Position numbers and translations under genes: made by a program
NCBI GenBank assembly: GCA_038824035.1
Contig: JAWBBW010000001.1
Coordinates: 14,187-78,186 of the forward strand
DNA length: 64,000 bases
Reading direction: 5' to 3'
DNA from: Desulfurococcaceae archaeon
GTDB lineage: Archaea; Thermoproteota; Thermoprotei_A; Sulfolobales; Desulfurococcaceae
Notes under the pieces: generated by a model
What the model saw: only the letters and a program-made list of their open reading frames with translations
What the model was told of the DNA's origin: nothing
The model's database searches: none
In this document: positions 1 through 8,653 of the stretch, in pieces
How the letters are laid out: every line of letters begins with the position of its first letter
Numbering within the stretch: the first letter of the stretch is position 1

Positions 1-1
1 C

Positions 2-739
2 ATGATTGCAAGGCTATATATGAACGTGTTCGGTTACAGTGATGAAGACCTCTCATTATGGCCTCTCAAAATGCATGAATATGCGAGTTACAACCCGTTT
101 GCACAATTACCGAGAAAGACGAGTTTAGAAGAGATAATGAAAAGCCCCATGATAGCCGAGCCCATAAGGTTATTCCATGCCGCGCCCATAGGTGATGGAG
201 CGGCAGTGGTATTGTTGGTCAGAGGAGAAGAGAGGGCCAGGGAAATAGCCAGGAACAGTGGGAAAGACGTGTTAGTGGAGTTATCCGGGATAGGACTAGC
301 AACAGACAGCGTGGACATAGCGTCTAGGAATAATATACTATCCATGGAGTCCACTACCAGGGCTGCACAAGAGGCGTTGAAACAAGCAGGCATAGGCATA
401 AAAGACATTGATTACGCAGAAGTCCACGACGCCTTTCATATAACGGGCTTCATGGCCTTGGAAGACCTTGGATTCGCGCCAAAGGGGATGGCACCCAAGT
501 TGTTCAAAGAAGGGTGGTTTCAAAAGGGATCTAAGCCCGAGGTCAATTTCAGCGGTGGATTAAAGGCACGCGGTCACCCAGTGGGTGCTACAGGTATATA
601 TCAAGTCGTTGAGTCAACTATGCAATTGCGAGGTGATTTCCCAGGCTATAAGGCCAGTGAACCGGAAATAGCCCTTGTGCACAACATAGGGGGTGTGAGT
701 ACAATAGCCTCAGTGGCTGTATTGAAACGGGTGAAGTAG
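2..739 (+). CDS. thiolase-like acetyl-CoA C-acyltransferase, C-terminal part (5' end lies outside the window)
   Basis: ORF open to the window edge. C-terminal thiolase-fold motifs are present (NFSGGLKARGHPVGATG, VHNIGG). Confidence 0.7.
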   Translation: MIARLYMNVFGYSDEDLSLWPLKMHEYASYNPFAQLPRKTSLEEIMKSPMIAEPIRLFHAAPIGDGAAVVLLVRGEERAREIARNSGKDVLVELSGIGLATDSVDIASRNNILSMESTTRAAQEALKQAGIGIKDIDYAEVHDAFHITGFMALEDLGFAPKGMAPKLFKEGWFQKGSKPEVNFSGGLKARGHPVGATGIYQVVESTMQLRGDFPGYKASEPEIALVHNIGGVSTIASVAVLKRVK

Positions 740-2293
740 TTGAGTAGTCATGAGGAGTTATTGAAGAAACTAAGCGAATATAGGGAGAAATCAATTATAG
801 GCGGTGGCAAAGACAAGATAGAGCAACAGGTTAAGAAGGGCAAGTTATGGGTCAGGGATAGGATCAATAGATTACTAGACCCTGATACCTTCGTGGAATT
901 GCGGTGGATGGGGATAACAAGATCTACTTATTTCGGCCTGGATAAGATGAAATTCTATGGAGACGGGGTTGTAACGGGGTATGGGAAAATAGATGGTAGA
1001 TTAGTACATGTATATGCACAGGATTTCACAGTGATGGGGGGTAGTATAGGAGAGATGCATGCAGAGAAAATCGTCAGGACAATAGAGATGGCCATTAAAA
1101 CAGGGACCCCGGTTATTGGTCTCTACGACTCCGGTGGTGCTAGGATACAGGAGGGTGTGGCATCACTACATGGTTGTGGAAAATTGTTCTACGCCAATGT
1201 GAAGGCAAGCGGAGTTATACCCCAAATAGCCGTGATTCTCGGGCCATGTGCAGGTGCGGCATCATATAGCCCAGCCCTCATGGATTTCACGATCATGGTT
1301 AAGGGTGCATACATGTTTATAACAGGCCCCGAGGTGGTCAAAGCGGCCACAGGGGTGGATGTCACATTTGAGCAACTTGGCGGTGCAGATGTTCATGCAT
1401 CTACAAGTGGTGTCGCTCACTTTGTAGCGGAGAATGAGGACGAGGCATTCATGCTTGTCAGGAAACTCCTTTCATATCTACCTAGCAATAACATGGAGGA
1501 TCCTCCATATATACCAACCGATGACCCTGTGGATAGGAAACTGGAGGAGCTATATGAAATAGTACCGCTTGATCCCATGAAACCCTTCGATGCGAAAAAA
1601 GTCATCTCATTGATAGTTGACAATGGGGATTTCCTAGAAGTACATGAACACTATGGCACATCCAGTATAGTGGGTTTTGGCAGAATCGGCGGATACACTG
1701 TGGGCATAGTTGCTAATCAGCCAGCAGTTAATGCTGGCGCAATAGACATAGATGCCAGTAATAAGATAGCGAGATTCGTCAGATTCTGTGATGCATTCAA
1801 CATACCCATAGTGACACTCGTGGATACACCCGGTTTCATGCCCGGAGTTGACCAAGAACATGGAGGCATAATTAAGCATGGAGCAAAGATCCTCTATGCA
1901 TATGCTGAGGCAACGGTGCCTAAGATCACAGTGATCATGAGAAAAGCGTATGGTGGGGCATACATAGCAATGGGCAGTCTATCATTGGAAAGCGATATAA
2001 ACTACGCATGGCCTACGGCTGAGATAGCTGTGATGGGCCCTGAAGGCGCGACCCGTATATTATACAGGAAAGAGCTGGAGAAAGCATCTGATCCCGAGCA
2101 GTTCTTCAAAGAGAAGTTAAAGGAATATAGAGATCTCTTCGCAAATCCATATAGAGCGGCTGAACTAGGCTATATAGACGATGTAATCGACCCGGCACTA
2201 ACCAGGTTAAAGATATATGAAGCCCTAACTGTGCTGGTCAATAAAAGAGATATGCCAAGTGTCTTCAGAAAACACGGCAATATCCCATTGTGA
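740..2293 (+). CDS. pccB: acyl-CoA (acetyl/propionyl-CoA) carboxylase, carboxyltransferase subunit
   Basis: 517 aa, full-length similarity by eye to the PccB / methylmalonyl-CoA decarboxylase alpha family (GGSIGEMHAEKI, GPCAGAASYSPAL, RKAYGGAYIAM). TTG start directly after the upstream stop. Confidence 0.9.
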   Translation: MSSHEELLKKLSEYREKSIIGGGKDKIEQQVKKGKLWVRDRINRLLDPDTFVELRWMGITRSTYFGLDKMKFYGDGVVTGYGKIDGRLVHVYAQDFTVMGGSIGEMHAEKIVRTIEMAIKTGTPVIGLYDSGGARIQEGVASLHGCGKLFYANVKASGVIPQIAVILGPCAGAASYSPALMDFTIMVKGAYMFITGPEVVKAATGVDVTFEQLGGADVHASTSGVAHFVAENEDEAFMLVRKLLSYLPSNNMEDPPYIPTDDPVDRKLEELYEIVPLDPMKPFDAKKVISLIVDNGDFLEVHEHYGTSSIVGFGRIGGYTVGIVANQPAVNAGAIDIDASNKIARFVRFCDAFNIPIVTLVDTPGFMPGVDQEHGGIIKHGAKILYAYAEATVPKITVIMRKAYGGAYIAMGSLSLESDINYAWPTAEIAVMGPEGATRILYRKELEKASDPEQFFKEKLKEYRDLFANPYRAAELGYIDDVIDPALTRLKIYEALTVLVNKRDMPSVFRKHGNIPL

Positions 2294-2313
2294 TGAATTA
2301 AAACATTTTTCTA

Positions 2314-2847
2314 TTATGATTGCCTTATCCTGGCTATTTTATCCCCTTTGTTGATACTCATACCTGGCTTCACATAGATTTCTTCTATCACACCTTTCAA
2401 ATGCGACTTCACCTCTATGATCATCTTCATGGATTCCAATAAAGCGATCACATCATCAGTGTTAACTGCCATGCCCTTAGTTACCTTGATCTCAACGACC
2501 CTCCCAGCTATGGGTGAAACTATGACGCCTGGTTCTTGGATGATTGGTGCCTGTTTCTTCTTCACTTCTTTGCTGACAGATACCGGGGTTATTTTCTTGA
2601 CATAGGAATGCAATAAACCTATGTACATGCCTTGATCTCCATATATTATCACTGGGTATTCCTCGTTGTTTATCTCTACAATATATCTCCCATCACTGAT
2701 GTTCCTCACCTTGATCTTATATATGTTTCCAGTCGTCAAATCCTTTATCAATATATTATCCTTGTTCTTATCCAGCACTTCCAGTTCTATCTCATTCCCA
2801 AAGAGTGTTAGAACCCTGTAAAGCCTTGACAAGGTTTCACTCACCAT
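2314..2847 (-). CDS. accB: biotin carboxyl carrier protein (C-terminal biotinyl domain)
   Basis: C-terminal biotinyl/lipoyl fold with biotinylation motif LESMKMIIEV. The N-terminal ~100 aa is unrelated. Confidence 0.8.
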   Translation of the reverse strand: MVSETLSRLYRVLTLFGNEIELEVLDKNKDNILIKDLTTGNIYKIKVRNISDGRYIVEINNEEYPVIIYGDQGMYIGLLHSYVKKITPVSVSKEVKKKQAPIIQEPGVIVSPIAGRVVEIKVTKGMAVNTDDVIALLESMKMIIEVKSHLKGVIEEIYVKPGMSINKGDKIARIRQS

Positions 2848-2850
2848 TGA

Positions 2851-2899
2851 TCAGCAACGCCAACCCTCCTCATCTTTCAGACACGGGTTCGCTCATCAC
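2851..2899 (-). ncRNA. box C/D sRNA (49 nt)
   Basis: Minus strand reads GTGATGA-GCGAACCCGTGT-CTGA-AAG-ATGAGGA-GGGTTGGCGTTG-CTGA. C, D' and D boxes are perfect, C' has one mismatch, and both spacers are exactly 12 nt. A TATA-like box lies about 26 nt upstream. Confidence 0.8.
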
Positions 2900-2925
2900 T
2901 ACCTAGGTATTAATTAAACCAGGGC

Positions 2926-2933
2926 TATTAAAA
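2926..2933 (-). promoter_or_regulatory. TATA-like box (TTTTAATA on the minus strand) for the box C/D sRNA / accB transcript
   Basis: Centred about 26 nt upstream of position ~2903, which is 4 nt before the C box. Confidence 0.45.
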
Positions 2934-2999
2934 GTCACTGAACACTATCTATATAAGTTATCTATAAAGGATTCTTCTCAGAGATATAGAGTTGGGGCG

Positions 3000-4091
3000 A
3001 TGTTTTTGATAGATTTCCATCAAGTAAAATTAAGGAGAGAGGAATTCTGGGGCAATAACCCTGTTTACAGAGCTATTTATGAGAGATTAGTGAAACAGGG
3101 ATATCACCTAATAGGCCTACTCGGCGCTGTCAAGAGATGTCATTGGTCAAGAGAGGCCATTATTAGGCATAGATTCTGCTATAAATGCCTATGGTATGGT
3201 ATAGAGAGCCATAGATGTATACAGATGACCCCCGTCGTGGCATGGTGTTGGAATAGATGTCTTCATTGCTGGAGAATACAACCAGAGGATATAGGGATGC
3301 ACTGGGATGATACTAAGCCACCTGTGATAGATGATCCAGAGGTATTGGTCGAGGAGAGTATAAGGGTTCATAGACAAATCATGGCTGGTTTCAAGGGTAA
3401 TCCAAATGCCGATCAAAAGATGGTTGAGGAGGCGATAAATCCCCGTCACGCTGCTATAAGCCTGGCCGGAGAGCCCACTTTATACCCATTGCTCAGCGAT
3501 CTGATCTACGAATACCATAAAAGAAATATAACGACATTTCTCGTAACACGTGGAACAAGGCCAGATATTATCAAGAGCCTCGTTGTCGAGCCGACTCAGC
3601 TATATATAAGCATGGAGGCATGGGATAAGAGGTCATATGAGTATTTCAATAGGCCAATAGTTCCACGGGCATGGGAGCTTTTCCAAGAGACACTCGAATA
3701 CATACCCAGCGTTAGATCACCAGTCACGTTCAGGATAACATTGGTAAAGGGCTTTAATGACAATGAAGAGGCCATACGCGGTTTCGCAAAGATCATCGAA
3801 AAAGCACAGCCCACCTATGTCGAAGTAAAAGCATACATGTTCCTAGGTGTTAGTAAGGGCAGATTGAATAGGGCCAATATGCCATCGCACTCAGAGGTGA
3901 GAGAATATGCCAAGAGATTAAGCGATCTAGCGGGCTATATGTTACTCAGCGAATCTATTCCAAGCAGAGTTGTATTGTTGAGTAGGGTAAAGAACCCGAT
4001 TAGGCATGGTAAAGGATGTCCGGATGGAGTTAAGCATCCCGAGAAATATGCAAATGTCATAACAGAGGAATACGAAGAAGCCTATTCATAG
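3000..4091 (+). CDS. taw1: tRNA 4-demethylwyosine synthase (radical SAM, TYW1/Taw1)
   Basis: Signature CYKCLWYGIESHRCIQMTPVVAWCWNRCLHCWR, including the CX3CX2C cluster. Length of 363 aa fits. Confidence 0.85.
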   Translation: MFLIDFHQVKLRREEFWGNNPVYRAIYERLVKQGYHLIGLLGAVKRCHWSREAIIRHRFCYKCLWYGIESHRCIQMTPVVAWCWNRCLHCWRIQPEDIGMHWDDTKPPVIDDPEVLVEESIRVHRQIMAGFKGNPNADQKMVEEAINPRHAAISLAGEPTLYPLLSDLIYEYHKRNITTFLVTRGTRPDIIKSLVVEPTQLYISMEAWDKRSYEYFNRPIVPRAWELFQETLEYIPSVRSPVTFRITLVKGFNDNEEAIRGFAKIIEKAQPTYVEVKAYMFLGVSKGRLNRANMPSHSEVREYAKRLSDLAGYMLLSESIPSRVVLLSRVKNPIRHGKGCPDGVKHPEKYANVITEEYEEAYS

Positions 4092-4098
4092 TAGAGCC

Positions 4099-4854
4099 TT
4101 ATTCTTGAATACAAGTCTCCTTCTCAAACCTGAGGCCTATTAAACGAGCATTCCTAACTATGCCTATCTCCATGCCGAGTGTAAACACGATTGATTCTAT
4201 CTCACCGCCTCCCTTAACAAGTTTGTTGCAAACCCTTGTATGGCCATCTATTACGTAGTACTCATCGCCGAATTGATATGTCAATATTGGATCAACACTT
4301 GATCTCCTATTCAAAGCCCCCTCAGCCTTATATAAAACCTGAGTAGGGATCAGCCTTGTTATCTCTAGTTTGTCAAACCACACCTTGGCCAATGTCTTAT
4401 GCACTAGTTCGAGGAACCTTATAATATTGACCATATGTCTCCATGTCAGGAGTTCTAGGGGTGTGTCTAATGGATTTAGAAGTTTTACATCGATAATGCT
4501 GTACTGGTTTATCGGCCTATATGATGGTATGTTGATTACGAAAGCCGGTGTTTTCTCTCTGATCCATGCATATACTAGTGCGCGGTGATGGCCATCTATT
4601 ACATAGAGTTTACCGGCATGTCCCATAATGACTATGATTGGCGCGGTGTATCTCTCCAATAAGGTTTTCTTTAGGACTAGGCCTAGTTTATCGCTTTCAA
4701 GGTATTCCTGAGTGAAAAGCAGTGATGTTGGATCAATATATCTCTCCCCGATCAATCTTGCATCAGGGTATTTATCCCTTAGAAATACCAGGAAATGCTC
4801 CAATCTCGTTATAACGTTTCTCCTAGTAGCTAGGATTAATCTATGGTGATTCAA
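4099..4854 (-). CDS. protein with two tandem ParB/sulfiredoxin-like domains
   Basis: Two repeats of the same module: LLFTQEYL...LYVIDGHHRAL and LIPTQVLY...YYVIDGHTRVC. TTG start overlaps the upstream gene by 14 nt. Confidence 0.6.
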   Translation of the reverse strand: MNHHRLILATRRNVITRLEHFLVFLRDKYPDARLIGERYIDPTSLLFTQEYLESDKLGLVLKKTLLERYTAPIIVIMGHAGKLYVIDGHHRALVYAWIREKTPAFVINIPSYRPINQYSIIDVKLLNPLDTPLELLTWRHMVNIIRFLELVHKTLAKVWFDKLEITRLIPTQVLYKAEGALNRRSSVDPILTYQFGDEYYVIDGHTRVCNKLVKGGGEIESIVFTLGMEIGIVRNARLIGLRFEKETCIQE

Positions 4855-5698
4855 CGAACCTGTATTCTCTTCCAGCGTGAAGAACCACCATTGCCTCCTT
4901 TCTCAATTCCTCTAACAATATCTTCTCGAAATGTGTTAATTTATCCAATTCAGCTGTCCTGATGGGGAACTTGGATCGGAACTCCTTGTAGAACTCGGCA
5001 TCCACCACTAGTGAACCTATTTTCACGATTTTCCCCTCTATGATTAACCTATCGAGGATATTGCCCAATTTGCTTAACGCCTCATTATAACTCATCACGG
5101 GTAATTCCATGAATACATGCTTATGATCTGCTTTTAATCTATTTCTCTTAAAGGCCTCGAGTGCTTTCACCATCTCCTCCATCGATTTCTCGAGTTTTAA
5201 TATTCTATCTTCAAGTGTTCTTACCTTGTCAACAAGCTTGTTGAATTCATCGGTATTAATACAAACGCGTTGTTGTTCGGTGCCTGTTTCAACGCTCTGA
5301 GGTATACCTGGTTCTTTTTCCATAGCCTTCTCGAGTTGATTTGCAGGCTGTGATGGGATCTCCTCTTTCCCTGCTTCAAATGACTTTTCCATCGTCTTTT
5401 CTCCAGATATATATTCGAGGAGTTTGATGCCTCTTCCCGTCAATATATATCCTCTCCCCGTCTTCTCCAAGTAACCGGAGCTTTTAAGCCTATACACAAC
5501 CTCCCTGATCCTGGCTACGCTTATATTAAGCATGCTTGATAACTCTTTAAGAGAAAGACCTGGATTATCCCTTAGGATCTCTAGTACTTTGAAAGTCAAC
5601 GTCTTTTTACTCACTATTATCTCCTTGGCCCAGAATATCTTATAGATTCTATTGTTTATAATTTTTATAATCCTTGTAATCTCTGATATATCTAGCAC
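4841..5698 (-). CDS. winged-helix DNA-binding protein with acidic linker and coiled coil
   Basis: N-terminal wHTH (LEILRDNPGLSLKELSSMLNISVARIREVVYRLKSSGYLEK) and a heptad-like segment (VRTLEDRILKLEKSMEEMVKALE). The ORF-track start is GTG. An alternative GTG at 5614 is preceded by AAGGAG. Confidence 0.6.
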   Translation of the reverse strand: MLDISEITRIIKIINNRIYKIFWAKEIIVSKKTLTFKVLEILRDNPGLSLKELSSMLNISVARIREVVYRLKSSGYLEKTGRGYILTGRGIKLLEYISGEKTMEKSFEAGKEEIPSQPANQLEKAMEKEPGIPQSVETGTEQQRVCINTDEFNKLVDKVRTLEDRILKLEKSMEEMVKALEAFKRNRLKADHKHVFMELPVMSYNEALSKLGNILDRLIIEGKIVKIGSLVVDAEFYKEFRSKFPIRTAELDKLTHFEKILLEELRKEAMVVLHAGREYRFVESP

Positions 5699-5700
5699 TG

Positions 5701-6417
5701 GTGGGTGCTGTGAGTAAGTTATTTGATGAGGAAACAGTTAATGAATTAAAAAGGATATTTTCATCACTCCGGAGGGATTTGAAAGACATATTAGTGGTTG
5801 AGGAGACAAGTGAACATGGCATAGTAAATAAGTGCCCAACATGCCCAGAAGCGGTGGAACTTGCTCGCGAACTCAATTGGATTAGTGATGGTAAACTAGT
5901 TTTTGAAATCCTCTATGGAATCGATAAGGCGAAGAACATTAGACCCAGGTATTTGCCAGCATTCATATATGATACAAAGGCCAGGAACATTAGGTATTAC
6001 GGATTGCCCAGTGGCCAGGAATTCGCACCATTCATATATGTTCACAAGTATATATCAGATGGGGCCAAGTTAAGCCCAGATCTAAGCGAAGAGATAGAGT
6101 CCATTGAAACACCACTACACATTAGGATTTTCGTTACACCTGAATGCCCGTATTGCCCAATAGTGGTCGATTTCTTGAACCAGGCTGGTGTGATCAATTC
6201 AAACCTACTCATTGATACCATTGAGGCGTTTGAACACCCCTATGAAGCTGATAAGTACATGGTTCAATACGTCCCCTTCATAGCTATAACCAGGATAGAG
6301 GACTATGAAATATATGGAGCACGCCCTGTTGAAACCATACCAGGTTATTTACCTCCAGAGGATATTGTCGTGGTGTTGAAGAGGGCTGAAAGGAAGATCA
6401 GGCAAATGTATAGATAG
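5701..6417 (+). CDS. pdo: protein disulfide oxidoreductase (two thioredoxin-fold units)
   Basis: Two CXXC motifs (CPTCPE and CPYCP) about 110 aa apart, typical of thermophile PDO. GTG start is uncertain. Confidence 0.8.
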   Translation: MGAVSKLFDEETVNELKRIFSSLRRDLKDILVVEETSEHGIVNKCPTCPEAVELARELNWISDGKLVFEILYGIDKAKNIRPRYLPAFIYDTKARNIRYYGLPSGQEFAPFIYVHKYISDGAKLSPDLSEEIESIETPLHIRIFVTPECPYCPIVVDFLNQAGVINSNLLIDTIEAFEHPYEADKYMVQYVPFIAITRIEDYEIYGARPVETIPGYLPPEDIVVVLKRAERKIRQMYR

Positions 6418-6606
6418 GCCATATCAACCTGGTTTTAAACCACCATGGTTAATATAGAAGACATTAGCGGGATGACCGAGGCCCTCCTGATTGATCGATG
6501 AGATGTTCATGGACCGGGGGACCGCTTAACAACTATTGATCATATCATATATTACCATACCTCTGGGTTTATAAAACGTTGTCAATGGATCAATTCGAGG
6601 GATATA

Positions 6607-6861
6607 ATGGCCATTGATTCAACTATTCATAAGCGGGCATCTCAATTAGATGATATGATCATCGAGAAATACGTGGAGTTTCTCAGGACATTGAAGAACA
6701 TTGAAATGGAGATAAATACTGGTGATTTTGATAACCAGGTCAAAACATCCTTGCTCAATATTATAGGCGAAGTAAAGGCGAAAATACTCAACGAGATATG
6801 CTCAATGGAAAGACAAGATAATATATGCTTAAAAGCCCTTGCTACATGTGTAAAGACATGA
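6607..6861 (+). CDS. hypothetical protein (84 aa)
   Basis: ATG ORF with TTTATAAAA about 30 nt upstream. No recognisable domain. Confidence 0.4.
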   Translation: MAIDSTIHKRASQLDDMIIEKYVEFLRTLKNIEMEINTGDFDNQVKTSLLNIIGEVKAKILNEICSMERQDNICLKALATCVKT

Positions 6862-6889
6862 TTGTTTACTTAAGGGGATAAATTAGAAG

Positions 6890-8650
6890 ATGAGTACAAA
6901 GAACTGGGATGTAGAGATATCTAGAGAGCTGTATGGAATAAGGCACAGCATTAGAGGCGATGTAATAGACATAGACGGGGATGGATACCTTGTTGTGAAA
7001 TTGGGTGATAAGGATATACGTGTCAAGGACATCATGGATAAACACGGCTTCGACATAGCATACATAAGGATATTGCCATTAATAGATAAATCCATGAAAC
7101 TCGTCCATGAAACATTCACCACGTTGGCAAGGGTTCATGGATTCAAAGGCGGATTCATCCCTGTATATCCAATGAAAGTTAATCCAACGAGAATAGTGGT
7201 AGAGGCAATTATGAGGTATGGAGATAAGTACAACTGGGGGTTCAATGTTGGTTCACCTGGCGAGTTAGAGTTATTAATCGAGATCTCCGAGAAACATAAT
7301 CCAAGGCTATTGATATACGATGGCGTAGTTTCAGAAACAGTTTTGAATGATTTAATGAAACTCGTGGAGAGAAAATGGCATATCATAGTGGATATTGGGA
7401 GTGAACGCGATATAGAGCTTTTATCTAAATACCCTGACCTGGAAATCGGCCTAAGGATCAAGCCTTTATTCAGGACAATGGGTAAATGGGCTGATTCCAC
7501 TGGATTGGGCAGTAAGTTCGGTTTAGCTTTAAACACATTGTTAAGACTCAAGGATGAATTCCAGTGGATAATGGAGAGATCAACGCTTTTACACATGCAT
7601 GCCGGGTCACAGATATACAGGTTACAGGACATAAAGAGCTTGTTTAGAGAGATAAAGTCGATGTTCACGGAGCTTAGGAGAATAGGCTTTAACAACATAA
7701 ACCTAGTAGATTGTGGAGGTGGCATGGCATATCCATATTTTGACAGCAGAGAAGGGAGCTTTGAATCGCCCGATTATAGTATCGTGGATTACATCAACGA
7801 GATGATCAAGGCGTTTAACGACATATCGCCACCACCTACACTCATATACGAAGGTGGTAGATTTATAACAGCTTCGCATCGAGTGGTTGTAGCGAGAGTC
7901 ATAGATGTAAGACCGTATTATGCTGAGCATAAAGTTGGCGAATATAATGGGCTAAGTAAATTAATAGAATCCGCAAATACCATTGAGGATATTAAAGACT
8001 TATTACTACAGCTCAAGTCTTTCGTTAGGAAAAACGGCCTTTTCAAGAAATACACTATTGAGAGAAGAGAGATATTTGAGGAATTCACGACATATGTAAA
8101 AGATGATTTAGCGCGGAAACTGAGCGAGCTTATCAAGAAAAATCCACATGAGATCAGGAAAGTCCTCGAAGACCCCGATCTACGTAAACTCCTCATATCC
8201 CCATCCAAGAGATTCCTTGTCAACATATCCATTTTCGCCGATATACCTGATAATGTCTTGGTGGATCAATATTTCCAAGTAGTGCCGGTTCAAAGACTGA
8301 ACGAGAAACCCGATGTATTGGCAACCATTAGTGACCTCACATGTGATAGTATGGGCGAGTTCAAAGTTTTCATAAGCAAGGTTAATTCAGATATCCCAGC
8401 ACATTACTGGTTCACCGAGATGGATTCGAAGTTGATGTTTATACCCGGCGAGATCATAAAGCTGCATGGAGTTCCACTACATTTATTAAACAAAGATGAA
8501 AGATATTATATAGCGTTCCTAGATACAGGTGCTTACCAAGATCCATTGGCAATGAAACACAACTTGATATATGGCGCTCCAGAGATCATAATAGATCTAT
8601 CTGAGAATGGCGTTGAGATACGTGTCGAGAAATGTAAGAAACCGGATTGA
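6890..8650 (+). CDS. speA: biosynthetic arginine decarboxylase, PLP-dependent (SpeA family)
   Basis: Collinear with E. coli SpeA motifs: VYPMKVNP (PLP Lys), HMHAGSQ, DCGGGMAYPY, SDLTCDSMGEF. Confidence 0.85.
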   Translation: MSTKNWDVEISRELYGIRHSIRGDVIDIDGDGYLVVKLGDKDIRVKDIMDKHGFDIAYIRILPLIDKSMKLVHETFTTLARVHGFKGGFIPVYPMKVNPTRIVVEAIMRYGDKYNWGFNVGSPGELELLIEISEKHNPRLLIYDGVVSETVLNDLMKLVERKWHIIVDIGSERDIELLSKYPDLEIGLRIKPLFRTMGKWADSTGLGSKFGLALNTLLRLKDEFQWIMERSTLLHMHAGSQIYRLQDIKSLFREIKSMFTELRRIGFNNINLVDCGGGMAYPYFDSREGSFESPDYSIVDYINEMIKAFNDISPPPTLIYEGGRFITASHRVVVARVIDVRPYYAEHKVGEYNGLSKLIESANTIEDIKDLLLQLKSFVRKNGLFKKYTIERREIFEEFTTYVKDDLARKLSELIKKNPHEIRKVLEDPDLRKLLISPSKRFLVNISIFADIPDNVLVDQYFQVVPVQRLNEKPDVLATISDLTCDSMGEFKVFISKVNSDIPAHYWFTEMDSKLMFIPGEIIKLHGVPLHLLNKDERYYIAFLDTGAYQDPLAMKHNLIYGAPEIIIDLSENGVEIRVEKCKKPD

Positions 8651-8653
8651 CAC

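Noticed and set aside
2290-2296. Perfect GTGATGA overlapping the pccB stop codon.
   Set aside because: The downstream sequence has no D' or D box and is an AT-rich spacer. The motif arises from the TTG-TGA codon context.
6467-6525. GC-rich patch after the PDO gene that resembles a box C/D RNA: GGGATGA, 11 nt, CTGA, then TCGATGA. A TTAATATA element lies upstream.
   Set aside because: No D box (CTGA) follows the second guide-length spacer; CCGG is found there instead. Both C-like boxes carry mismatches. The patch fits no complete C/D, H/ACA or tRNA model. It may still be transcribed, but I cannot support a call.
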